Source: Scyliorhinus canicula
Taxonomy: Eukaryota
Assembly: GCF_902713615.1 (NCBI RefSeq)
Contig: NW_024055427.1
Coordinates: forward strand, 186,001 to 250,000
Direction of reading: 5' to 3'
Length of the DNA stretch: 64,000 nt
How positions within the stretch are numbered: position 1 is the first letter of the stretch; every line of letters begins with the position of its first letter. Both the position numbers and the translations under genes were made by a program. This document shows, piece after piece, positions 13,001-23,977 of this stretch. The notes below the pieces were generated by a model. The model ran no database searches and had not been told where the DNA came from. It was given only the letters and a program-made list of their open reading frames with translations.

Positions 13001-13934
13001 GGAAAACTCTGAGCATCATCATCGTGCATGGAACGTTCAGTGTGGACTAAAACCTGATTTATGTACGGTGAGTTTTGAATCGTGCAAACGGATTAGCTGC
13101 TGCGTCCATATTGGAAACAGCTTTCAATGGCCGCTGATTTACTGAATTACCTGTAAAACGTTAAAATGTCGAAGGTGAGTGATGACCAGAATCTTAGTGA
13201 CCTCAGAGCCCACAGGGTGCAGTCTGGCCTCTGCCCAAAGCATAGTAGCATAGTGGTTAGTACTGATGCTTCACAGCTCTTAGTCCCAGGTTCGATCCCC
13301 CACTTGGGTCACTGTTGGTGTGGAGTCTGCACATTGTCTGCGTGGGGTTACTCCAGTTTCCTCCCACATATCCAAAGCCATGCTGTTCCGTGAATTGGCA
13401 TTTGAATTCTCCTTCTGTGTACCCGGAAAGGAGCCGGAGTGTGGCGACTAGGGAATTTTCATCGAAACATAATTTCAGTGTTAATGTCAGCCGATTTGTA
13501 CGAATAATAAAGATTATTATTGTTACCAGTCAAGCGGGAGAGTTAGTGGAACTCAACCCGCTTTTTTCTTCATCCGGATTTGAACGTGGGTTCCCGGGTG
13601 AGTGGACAACTTTCCGACGAATAATTAATTTTAGTCTGACATCAACAACCAGATCCAAGATGGGAGGAACCTGAGGTTCTCATGTGATGGATTCGCTGAG
13701 TCATTGTACCAACTGCAGCTATAAAATGTCCCGAACCCATCAGCTGTTTGCACATTTTTGCAGTTGAGTGGAAGACAGCCTGAATTTCGAATTTCGTGCT
13801 TGTATTAATTCCGATTGTCCACACCAGAATCAAGTCCATCTGTGAATTTGCTCTGACATTCCCCGTCAATGCGCAGTCTATGCGTCAGGCAAATCATAAC
13901 ATTCGTGCAGAAGAAAGCAATCGTGAAGAAGTGG
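7007..13934. repeat. Right arm of ~14 kb inverted repeat
   Basis: Reverse complement of 1-6906, differing mostly by scattered small indels. Confidence 0.97.
10521..10555 (+). ncRNA. Minimal type I hammerhead ribozyme motif in Penelope terminal repeat (mirror 3372-3406 -)
   Basis: CAC-CTGAGGA-A-GGAGC(tgc)GCTCC-GAAA-GC-TC-GTG: CUGANGA and GAAA cores, 5-bp stem II, palindromic AGCU stem III, CAC/GUG stem I. Confidence 0.75.
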
Positions 13935-14319
13935 AAGGTGGGCGTTCTTTCAGGGGCTGTGCAGGTGTGGAGAATGTGACGACCAATGGAAGAGAAAAGA
14001 GGTGGATCATGCTTCAGGAGCGGAATGAGTGAGAATTTCTTCAGCAGAGTGTCTGTGTGGGGTAATAGAAAGTGGAGGTGAATAAGCAGGGAAGGAAGAT
14101 GGGTGGACAGAAAGTGCAGATTGGTGCGAATATTACAGACGTGGCTGAGCGGAGAGCGGGCATTGATAAGCAAGTATCAATGTTTTGTATCTGTAAAATC
14201 TCAGACACTCTGACCAGTGTATTAATGAAACGTTTTACCCAGATGTCTTTCTTCATGAGGCGAAAAAAGCACAAACCAACTATAAAATCAAACCAAGTTT
14301 GAAGAGTAAGAGGGAATCT

Positions 14320-14700
14320 CACAGAACCGTACAAAATTCAAACATGAATAGACAGGGTAGATTCAGAAAGATTGTTCCCGATGGTGGGGGAGTCCAGGAC
14401 TAGCGGGCATAGACTGAGGATAAGGAATAAATCTTGTGGGTCTGAGGTGAGGCGATGTTTTCTCATCCGGAGAGTGGTGAATCTGTGGAATTTACTGCCA
14501 CAGAAAGTAGTTGAGGCCAAAACGTTTTGTAATTTCAAGAAGCAATTAGCTGTAACTCTTGGGGCTTAATGGGTCACGAGATATGGGCGGGGGGCGGGAT
14601 AACGGTACTGAACGTGATGATCGGCAATGATCATAATCAATGGTGGAGTATGCTCGAAGGTCAAATGGTCTTCTCCTGCTTCTGCTTTCTATGAATGTTT
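14320..14700 (+). mobile_element. CR1 3' end fragment
   Basis: ORF 14372 FPMVGESRTSGHRLRIR...FLIRRVVNLWNLLPQKVVEA, the CR1 ORF2 terminus. Confidence 0.85.
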
Positions 14701-14888
14701 CGATGTATCTTTATTCAATATATTAACCCTTAAAATATTCCAATTACAATCACTATAAAGATTCCGCAGATTCGTGATACTACTCGTGCTGATAAACCTG
14801 ATCAAGCTGCGGCTCCGATTCTCTGAGTTTCATGTTCTTCAGGGCTGTCGTCACAAAGGTGGACGACCTTCCTTTAGCATAATGGCAC

Positions 14889-15347
14889 AGGGATGGCGCG
14901 CTGGCACAGTGGATAGCAACTGCTGCTTCAGAGCGCTAGGGACCTGGGTTCAATTCCATTCGGTGCCTGTCTGTGTGGAGTTTGCGCATTTTCCCCAAGT
15001 TTGAGTGGGTTTTCTCCGGGTTTTCCGGTTCCCGCCACAGTCAAAATATTTGCAGATTAGGTGGACTGGCCATTGGTGCGAATATTGCAGACGTGGCTGA
15101 GCGGAGAGCGGGCATTGCAATGGCTGTTGTATCTGTAAAATCTCAGACACTCTGACCAGTGTATTAATGAAACGTTTTACCCAGATGTCTTTCTTGATGA
15201 GGCATGACTGGCCATGCTAAATTGTCCCTTTCTCTCCAATTGTTAGGTGGGTTGAAGGGAACTGCGGTCCCAGTAAGGTGCTATTTCAAATGTTTGGTGA
15301 GGATCGATAGGCGAAATGGCCTCCTCTGCACTCACGGGATTCTCTGA
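14889..15347 (+). mobile_element. HE1-like SINE interrupted by a ~130 bp insertion
   Basis: SINE head and V-domain up to gactggccat (15064-15073); the SINE resumes gactggccatgctaaattg at 15206. Confidence 0.75.
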
Positions 15348-15469
15348 CCCTCTGGTGCGACTTCAGAATGGTCAAGATCACCACCACGCCGAGTCTTCAT
15401 TGGCACGGGTCTTGGGTGTCTATATTGATCTCCCTTTGCGCGCTTTTGCAGAAACATCTCTGGCTTTCG

Positions 15470-15590
15470 GCCAATGAGGCAGCGGGAGGGGGGTTCCAAA
15501 ACCCACTGGATCGGAAGGTGACCGCTGACGTGACACCGCTATCCATCGATGGCGTTGCTCGCACGTAACCTGTTGCCATATAAGGTAACA
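15470..15590 (+). promoter_or_regulatory. CpG-rich candidate promoter (CCAAT, CRE-like, CArG box)
   Basis: CCAAT 15471, TGACGTGA 15526-15533, CCATATAAGG 15576-15585 (perfect CC[AT]6GG), followed by a possible donor aag|gtaaca. Confidence 0.35.
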
Positions 15591-16189
15591 GCTGGAATCC
15601 TGGCCCTCGAAAGTCGGGCAAGATGTTATAAATTAACAAGCAATGAATAAAGACAGCGTGATGCAGGGAAAGAATGACAGAGCAATGAAAAGGGATGCAC
15701 AGGCAACTTAAGAGAAATATTAAAGAGATACATAGAACGAACAAGCAGATAGAATAACATAGAGGATGCAGACCATTGGTAGAGACAGGGAAACACAGAA
15801 TGTGAGATGGCGCGATTAAAACAAGGCGAGCGAGGGAAGGAGAGAACAAAGGGGAAAGAGATAGCAAGGGAAACACATGGGAGCTATTGAAATACTATGG
15901 ACAGTGAAAGATCCTGCATGTTTTTCCAATATATTTGTGTTTCCTCCACAGCTGACGCAGTGAGCAGTTGTTGAGCATTTAGATTCTCAAATATTATCAA
16001 GCAGTGGGAACAGAAAGAGTGGAAGTATCAAGGTGAGTATGAAGAAAAGAAAAAATGGAGAATAAAAGGCAGATAATGGATCGGGAATTAAAACAAATTC
16101 CACCAGAACATGTGAATCTCCACCGACCATCTGAAAGAGAGCTCCGCCCAGGTCCACTGTCCCACCCCATCCCCATAACCTTACACAAG

Positions 16190-16362
16190 GCGGACAGTAC
16201 ACCCAACCTGCACAACTTTGGACTGTGGGAGCAGCCGCAGAAAGGCCAGACAGAAACAGGGGGAAAGTGGAAACTCCATACAAACAGTCATCCAAGGTCA
16301 GAATTGAACCCGGGACCCTGACACTGTCAAGGAGCTGGACTAATCATTGTGCCATCGTGCCT
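16190..16362 (-). mobile_element. HE1-like SINE fragment
   Basis: attgaacccgggaccctg...actaatcattgtgcca and cacccaacctgcacaactttggactgtggga. Confidence 0.7.
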
Positions 16363-16721
16363 GCGGCAGCACATCCATGCAGGTCAGAGGCTGGCATATT
16401 TCAGTCAACAGACGGATATTACCCCGAGGCAGAGAAATTGAGATACACCTTTCTCTAAATAACATCCCTTTGAGGGACAGGCCACCAAGAATGCAATTAA
16501 TTCTGGCATATAATCAAATGGTTTGCAAGCAATTGTGGGCTATCTGGCCATTTAGCCTACTCCGCCAGTCAACCTACTCTTCGTATATCTGATTGTGGTC
16601 TCAATTCCATCTTCCTGTCTGTAATCCTGCCCCCACCCCAGCCAGCACCCGTGGTTCCCTGAACTATCAACAATCTATCCAACTCAGCCTTGAATAAATT
16701 TAAAGACACAGCTTCCATTGT

Positions 16722-16898
16722 CTGGTTTAGCTCACTGGGCTAAATCGCTGGCTTTTAAAGCAGACCAAGCAGGCCAGCACGGTTCGATTCCCGGACCAGC
16801 CTCCCCGGACAGGCGCCGGAATGTGGCGACTAGGGGCTTTTCACAATAACTTCATTGAAGCCTACTCGCGACAATAGGCGATTTTCATTTCATTTCAT
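16722..16898 (+). mobile_element. Short tRNA-derived SINE
   Basis: tggtttagctcactgggctaaatcgctggc...gattttcatttcatttca. Confidence 0.8.
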
Positions 16899-16998
16899 TA
16901 CTGTCTTGGGGTGAAATAGGAGATTTCCGCAGAATAATGACCGCATGAGAGAACAAAATGGCCTAATTCCTATTTAAAATGTAGAATACTTATTCTTA

Positions 16999-17448
16999 CC
17001 CGTAGACTGGGACTGTACTCGTTGGAATTTAGAAGGATGAGGGGGATCTTATAGAAACATTTAAAATTATGAAGGGAATAGATAGGATAGATGCGGGCAG
17101 GTTGTTTCCACTGGCGGGTGACAGCAGAACTAGGGGGCATAGCCTCAAAATAAGGGGAAGTAGATTTAGGACTGAGTTTAGGAGGAACTTCTTCACCCAA
17201 AGGGTTGTGAATCTATGGAATTCCTTGCCCAGTGAAGCAGTTGAGGCTCCTTCATTACATGTTTTTAAGGTAAAGATAGATAGTTTTTTGAAGAAAAAAG
17301 GGATTAAGGGTTATGGTGTTCGGGCCGGAAAGTGGAGCTGAGTCCACAAAAGATCAGCCATGATCTAATTGAATGGCGGAGCAGGCTCGAGGGGCCAGAT
17401 GGCCTACTCCTGCTCCTAGTTCTTATGTTCTTATGTTCTTATGTTCTT
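16999..17448 (+). mobile_element. 5'-truncated young CR1 with (TTCTTATG)n tail
   Basis: Open ORF 17069 RLFPLAGDSRTRGHSLKIRG...FFTQRVVNLWNSLP; tandem tail at ~17420-17448. Confidence 0.92.
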
Positions 17449-17582
17449 AAACTGTGCCCCTAGTTGAGTCTTCTCGTGCAAGGAAACACTCCCCGTGTAT
17501 TAACCGCAACATGTACCCTCAATACATTATGTATTTCAATAAGGTTACCTCTCATTATTCTAAATGCCAATGCCTAGATAAT

Positions 17583-18958
17583 AACAAAGAACAAAGAAAA
17601 GTACAGCACAGGAACAGGCCATTCGGCCCTCCAAGCCCATGCCGACCATGCTGCCCGACAAAACTGCAATCTTCTACACTTCCTGGGTCTGTATCCCTCT
17701 ATTCCCATCCTGTTCATGTATTTATCAAGATGCCCCTTAAATGTCACTAGCGTCCCTGCTTCCACCACCAACTCCAGCACCGAGTTCCAGTCACTCACTA
17801 CCCTCTGTGTAAAAAACTTGCCTCGTACATCTACTCTAAACCTTGCTCCTCGCACCTTAAAACTATGCCCCCTAGTAATTGACCCCTCTACCCTGGGGAA
17901 AAGCTTCTGACTATCCACTCTGTATATGCCAATCATAATTGTGTAGACCTCTATCAGGTCACACCTCAACCTCCGTCGTTCCAGTGAGATCAAATCGAGT
18001 TTATTCCACCGCTCCTCATAGCTAATGCCCTCCATACCAGGCAACATCCTGGTAAATCTCTTCTGCACCCTCTCTGAAGCCTCCACATCCTTCTGATAGT
18101 GTGGCGACTAGAATTGAACACTATACTCAAAGTGTGGCCTAACTAAGGTTCTATACAGCTGCAACATGACTTGCCAATTCTTATACTCAATGCCCCGGCC
18201 AATGAAGGAAAGCATGCCGTGTGCCTTCTTGACTACCTTCTCCACCTGTATTGCCCCTTTCCGTGACCAGTGGACCTATCCACCTCCTCGATCTCTCTGA
18301 CTGTCAATACTCTTGAGGGTTCTATCATTCACAGTACATTCCCTACCTGCATTAGACCTTCCAAAATGCATTACCTCACATTTGTCCGGATTAAACTCCA
18401 TCTGCCATCTCTCCGCCCAAGTCTCCAAACGATCTAAATCCTGATGTATCCTCTGACAGCCCTCATCGCTATCCGCAATTCCACCAAGCTTGTGTCGTCT
18501 GCAAACTTACTAATCAGACCAGTTACAGTTTCCTCCAAATCATTTATATATACTACGAACAGCAAAGATCCCAGCACTGATCCCTGCGGAACACCACTAG
18601 CCACAGCCCTCCAATTAAAAAAGCACCCTTCCATTGCTACTCTCTGCCTTCTGTGACCAAGCCATTTCTGTATCCACCTTGCCAACTCCCCCCTGATCCC
18701 GTGTGACTTCACCTTTTGTACCAGTCCACCATGAGGGTCCTTGTCGAAGGCCTTACTGAAGTCCATATAGACAACATCCACTGCCCGACCTGCATCAATC
18801 ATTTTTATGATGTCTTCGAAAAACTCTGTCAAGTTAGTGAGACACGACCTCCCCTTCACAAAATCATGCTGCCTCTCACTAATACGTCCATATGCTTCCA
18901 AATGGGAGTAGATCCTGTCTCGAAGAATTATCTCCAGTAATTTCCCTACCACTGACGT
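17583..18958 (-). mobile_element. CR1 ORF2 RT fragment with 3' tail
   Basis: QHDFVKGRSCLTNL, VYMDFSKAFD, GVPQGSVLG, KFADDT, LERRRLRCDLIEVY; frameshifts. Confidence 0.95.
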
Positions 18959-19368
18959 AAGGAAGACATAGGAAGACATAGAAATAGGAAGACATATATC
19001 TAAGCGAGGTTGACTGAAACACACTGACAGTAATAGATCACGGTTTCAGACGGAGCAATGCATGGAATTTCACAATTGAACAGCGTTCTGCGTATCTGTA
19101 CATTTCCAGGGTTCAGATTAAATCACGATCTCCGCAATCCTGCATTAATTTGCCACGTGAATCATTCAGTACTATTGGTGTGCACAGTTTGCAGATGTGA
19201 CTTTTATAAGACTGAAAGAGTGAGAGAGGAAGAATGGCTTTCGGACCCAATGTATTCCTTCAACAGTCAATAATCTGAGACTAAAACCTGAACCTTTATT
19301 GTGCAATATCCACTCGGAGTTTCTCCATATTTTTAATTGGCTGTCTTTATTGTTCGCTAGAACATCAA

Positions 19369-20337
19369 ATGGCGATTATTGGGACTTGGAACGCAACACT
19401 CACCAATCAGACTGGAAATGATAGCATTGGACATCCAACGGATAACGCCAATGAATCCAACTTCATGGTGCACCTGCGTGTGATTCCCCTTTTCCTCGTC
19501 CTGTGCATTGTTTTGGGAATCATTGGGAATTCAATTGCACTGTGGCACATCATACGGAAGAAGCAGTTTTCATCACCAACTGATGTCCTCCTGCTCGACC
19601 TAATCATCATGAACATCTTGATTATCCTGGCTTCCGGAATTGCCATATTGGAAATTGTACATTCATTCATTTCAGTACAGCTACTTGGTTTTATCGACGT
19701 TATCACCAACGTAATCAGTCTTTACGGCAACCCAGCCTTCATGACCTGCATTGCTGTTGACCAATACATCGCTATTGTCCACCCCATCACGTTTCATGCA
19801 TGGAGGAAACCCCGATATTACGTTGTTCTGTCATTAACAGCTTGGCTGACATTTTTGACCCTGGGTGTTCTGATCTTTTTCCACCGGAAAGGCACATTGG
19901 ACAACCCATTTTCATGCAGAGCTCAGGTTTCAATCTGGGAGCGGAACCTGGTGCTTATTTTGTGTACCGAATTGGTTGTATTTTTCATCCCAATCCTAAT
20001 CCTATTGACCTGCTATGCCCTGAGCGCAAAGAAACTGATTGAAGTTGGAGCTGGGAAGGAGTCCATGGAAATGATGAAGAAGAAAGTGCTGAGAACCATT
20101 TTGGCGATTTTGGCTCTCCTGCTTTTATGTTTTGCTCCATTTCACGTCATTGAACTTTCTTTTATTTTAAGGAACCTGCTGGATTCTAGAGGGGAAATTG
20201 TGAGGTGGTACATTTGTAACATTCGGCCGTATACCTGGGCTATCACTTCTCTTAACACCGTCCTGAATCCCCTGCTCTACATTTTCAGGTCACAAATGTT
20301 CCAATGGAAGACGGTTTGTTGTAGTGCACACCAGTAA
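19369..20337 (+). CDS. Intronless rhodopsin-class (class A, delta group; P2Y/GPR35/PAR-like) orphan GPCR, 322 aa
   Basis: Seven hydrophobic segments; N-terminal sequons NAT/NQT/NDS/NES; TM1 GN; TM3 CIAVDQY..IVHP; TM4 W; TM5 FFIP; TM6 CFAPFH; TM7 NTVLNPLLY. Possible acceptor ttcgctag 8 nt before the ATG. Confidence 0.93.
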   Translation: MAIIGTWNATLTNQTGNDSIGHPTDNANESNFMVHLRVIPLFLVLCIVLGIIGNSIALWHIIRKKQFSSPTDVLLLDLIIMNILIILASGIAILEIVHSFISVQLLGFIDVITNVISLYGNPAFMTCIAVDQYIAIVHPITFHAWRKPRYYVVLSLTAWLTFLTLGVLIFFHRKGTLDNPFSCRAQVSIWERNLVLILCTELVVFFIPILILLTCYALSAKKLIEVGAGKESMEMMKKKVLRTILAILALLLLCFAPFHVIELSFILRNLLDSRGEIVRWYICNIRPYTWAITSLNTVLNPLLYIFRSQMFQWKTVCCSAHQ

Positions 20338-20415
20338 CACATAGAGTGGGGACCATCAGTACTCTCAACCGCATACCAGTAACGCATAGAGTGGGGACCA
20401 TCGGTACTCTCACCC
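20326..20415 (+). repeat. 45-bp tandem duplication spanning the GPCR stop codon
   Basis: gcacaccagtaacacatagagtggggaccatcagtactctcaacc / gcataccagtaacgcatagagtggggaccatcggtactctcaccc. Confidence 0.9.
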
Positions 20416-20631
20416 ACACCCCTTAACGCCACCATGACAGGAGTTAATGTTATTGGGCTACCAATCCAATGGCCCAGAGCAACGCTTTGAGGACACGATT
20501 TCCACTCCCATCATGGTTGACAGGAAGAATTTAAAGTCAATTAATAAATAAATCTGAGCATAGAAGTGAGTCTCATTAATGGTGACATCTAACCTGTCAG
20601 ATTGGAAGTTTTGAAAATGATCTAGTTCATA

Positions 20632-20840
20632 GAACATAGAACAGTACAGCACAGAACAGGCCCTTCGGCCCTCAATGTTGTGCCGAGCCATGATCACCCT
20701 ACTCAAACCCACGTATCCACCCTATACCCGTAACCCAACAACCCCCCCCCCCCCCCCCCCCCCATTAACCTTACTTTTTTTAGGACACTATGGGCAATTT
20801 AGCATGGCCAATCCACCTAACCCGCACATCTTTGGACTGT
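20632..20840 (-). mobile_element. HE1-like SINE 3' half with (CTATGTT)-type tail
   Basis: catagaacatagaacagtacagcacagaacaggcccttcggccc...gggcaatttagcatggccaatccacc. Confidence 0.8.
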
Positions 20841-21699
20841 CACTTCTCTACTGTCGCTAATATCCTTTAAGGATAGAAACCTGTCACCCATACTGGGTCT
20901 GATCTCTATGTAACTCCAGACACATAGCAATGTTGTTGACTCTGAACTGCCTTTGGAAATTCCCAAACAAACCATTGAGTTGCAACAAACCGCTACAGAA
21001 AGTTCGAAAGGAATAAAGCCAGGTGGGCCATTCGACATCAAAATAGTCACCGACAATTACAAAAGTACGCCTTCGCGCAGCCGACCCCGCAATGTCTACC
21101 ACTGTAAGATCTGGGGGCTTGTGCCAAAACTAGGAGAGGTGCCCCGCCGACCTTTCAAACAACAGAGTAATATAGCCACACCCATAAATCATGATTTGTA
21201 GACTCCTTTGCCAGCGTTTCTCCGTAGGTCTTATCCCACCCGCAAGTTAGAATGACCAGAGGCGGTCTGCTTTTTACTGCAGATGTAAAATAAACCTCTT
21301 GCCGATTAAACCCCACTTGGAAGAACAACTGAGGGAAGCAATGGGAAGTAATGTAATCTGGTTGTATCCTTCAATGTACATCGCCAGGAGTGACAGTGGC
21401 AGCATTACTGACAGAGATACCGGAGTCTTGAAGGATATATCTGCGAAGAAGGTGGTTACAGAACCAAAACGAGGGAAATACCTATTAGGCGCATCATTAC
21501 TAATTTTCGGATTTCTGAATGTCAACGGACAGCGATTGAGCACTGGGAGTAATTTTAATTACTATAGGGTTGCAGCGAGCTGGTGCAGAGTGGGATTCGT
21601 TTTGGAATGACACTGGGATATGTTGTGAGGTTGAAAGATATGGTTTCAGGGTCGATACAATTTTTTTTTAATTTTCAACAGCCAAATCTTTTGTTTCTA

Positions 21700-21870
21700 T
21701 TAAGGGCAATTTAGCGTGGCCAATCTTCGGGTTGTGGGGGTGAAACTCACGCAGGAAGGGGGAAAATGTACAAACTCCAAACAGGCAGTGGCCTAGAGCC
21801 GGGATCGAACCCGGGTCCTCAGCGACTTAGGAAGCAGTGCTAACCACTGTGCCACTGTGCCACCGTGCCA
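21700..21870 (-). mobile_element. HE1-like SINE
   Basis: gggcaatttagcgtggccaatc...gggatcgaacccgggtcc...gctaaccactgtgcca. Confidence 0.75.
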
Positions 21871-22418
21871 CCCAGTCTCGACGCAAAATTAGGGGAGACG
21901 GTCACTGTGGGACTTGGGACGATGTAAGGGCTGTTTGCAGCGAGGTGTTATTGCGGTTAGTTTGTGGTTCACAAGTTAATATTAAGCACCACCTGCAAGT
22001 TCACCTCCAGGAAATCCATTCTGACTCGTAACTATGTTACCATTCATTCACTGTCGCTGGATCAGGTTCGCGGAACTCCCTCGTGAACAGCAATGTGGGT
22101 ATATCAGCACCAGGTATACTGCAGAAGTTCAAGAAGGCAGCTCACCGTCATCTCCTCAAGGGAAATAGTGACATGCAATAAATGATGCCAAACAGAAAGG
22201 CCGTTATAGCTTGAAAAAATAAAGATAAAGATAAGGCAAAATCAGAGATGGGCCTCAGCTGGGTTGCAACGGCAAAAAACGGAAATTAATATTGAGTTAG
22301 AGCGAGAGATGGTAAATTGTGTCTGGGGTGCAGAATTATAGTGAGATTAATAGAGGGTTGTGCTGTACAGTGATCAATGCGACTATATTGCATCAACAAA
22401 GAGCTCTGAGTCTATAAT

Positions 22419-22613
22419 GAAAGGGACAATGCTGGAAAATCTCAGCAAGTCTGGCAGCATCTGACAAACCTCTGACAACTTCAGCTTTGACAGAGTCATC
22501 AGACTCGAAACGTTAGCTCTTTTCTCTCCCTACAGATGCTGCCAGACTTGCTGAGATTTTCCAGCATTTTCCCTTTGGTTTCAGATTCCAGCATCCGCAG
22601 TAGTTTGCTTTTA
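22419..22613 (+). mobile_element. Penelope terminal-repeat insertion with inverted 5' piece and 14-bp TSD
   Basis: 44-bp inverted arms 22420-22463 / 22533-22576; TSD tctgagt[c/g]tataat at 22405-22418 and 22614-22627; decayed hammerhead ttgacaGAGTCatcaGACTCgaaacgtt. Confidence 0.7.
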
Positions 22614-23312
22614 TCTGAGTGTATAATATTGTGTGAGATTACTTCGGATTAACGCGCTCTTCAGATAGAGTGGGAAGTCAACAAAGAGTAGAATTAATAC
22701 ACAGCTATGGGATAGGGTGGTCACTGAGTCTATCTTGTAAAACATATATGGATAGAGTGTAAGCCGTTAGGATTAGAGTAGGAGTTGAGTCGTTTATTTT
22801 CTATTACCAGTTGGATGATCTTTTATATTCTCTCTGCAGCCACACCCGTAAGGTCAAAGTGAATATTGCATTAATGTCACGTTTTCAAGCAGAACTACAA
22901 CTAAGTTGACACCATTGATACTAATCTTCATTGCCTGTTTGTTCTAGGCCTGTCGGCAGTTACTCGGAAATGTTGAATCAACCTTTGAATGTAGTATTTG
23001 TAATGATTAGATCGATTGTCAATAAAACCTGTACTTTTATGTGTAATCGATGATGTCTCTCTGCTGTTCCCAAGCAAACTTGAAACAACTGAACCAAATC
23101 CCATGGGAACTAATTTCTTGCCTCGCAAATACATGCATCTACAATGTCTGCAGCCTCCACAATTTAGCAAAACGTTCAACATGTTTCAGAAGGCCGTTAT
23201 GACGTTAAATTTAAAAATTGATTGCGGTGCCGGATACGAACCGTGTGGTCAATAGCTTATGTTTTTCTTTAACTCTTAAAGGCGGTGGGGGCACAAGCAG
23301 AATGGGGTAATT

Positions 23313-23380
23313 GCTCTCTCTCTCTCTCTCTCCCTCCCCCCCTGTCCCTCTCTCTCTCTCTCTCTCGCCTTGTCTCTCTC
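23313..23380. repeat. (CT)n-rich microsatellite
   Basis: Interrupted ctctctctct run. Confidence 0.9.
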
Positions 23381-23384
23381 TTAC

Positions 23385-23977
23385 TGATACATGGATGGAC
23401 CAGGGTTTAGAGAACCCCAAAGTGTATCATGGAGTTCACGTGCCCCACAACTTTTAATAGCCTGTGTTCTGGGGAGCACGCGGCCCACTCTACAGTTGTG
23501 GTACAGCAGAAATCGAAAAGTATTTTTAAAGGAAAACAATGTTTGTTCTATTAACTCAAATTAAACTTTTTAAAACATCCAGTGAACATCTTAGCAACCA
23601 TTAATTCAAATGCAACCCCCAAAGAATACAACACTAAGTAATCCTTAATAAATTCCCAAACAACATCCAGAAGACAAAAAGAAACACCTTTTAACAGAAG
23701 CACATCAGATTTAAATTCACTACTGAGAATATTTATAATTTTGAATTCACCAAATGATCAAGAGATAGTCTTTTCGTGGCAGAGAGAACAACAGTACACC
23801 TGCTTTGTCTGGGTTCCGCTTCAACACTGAAACGAAACAAAAAAAGTCACAGACATACCCAAGCTTTTCTCACAGTGAAACTTAGAAGCAGAGCCAGAGC
23901 TCAGCTCCACCCACATTCTGACATCACAGCAGTAACATGAGCAGCCAGACATTTCTTATAGTAACATTCTCATGACA
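23385..23977 (-). mobile_element. Possible solo LTR
   Basis: Minus strand begins TGTCATGAG and ends GTATCA (TG...CA), ~590 bp; no TSD found. Confidence 0.4.
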
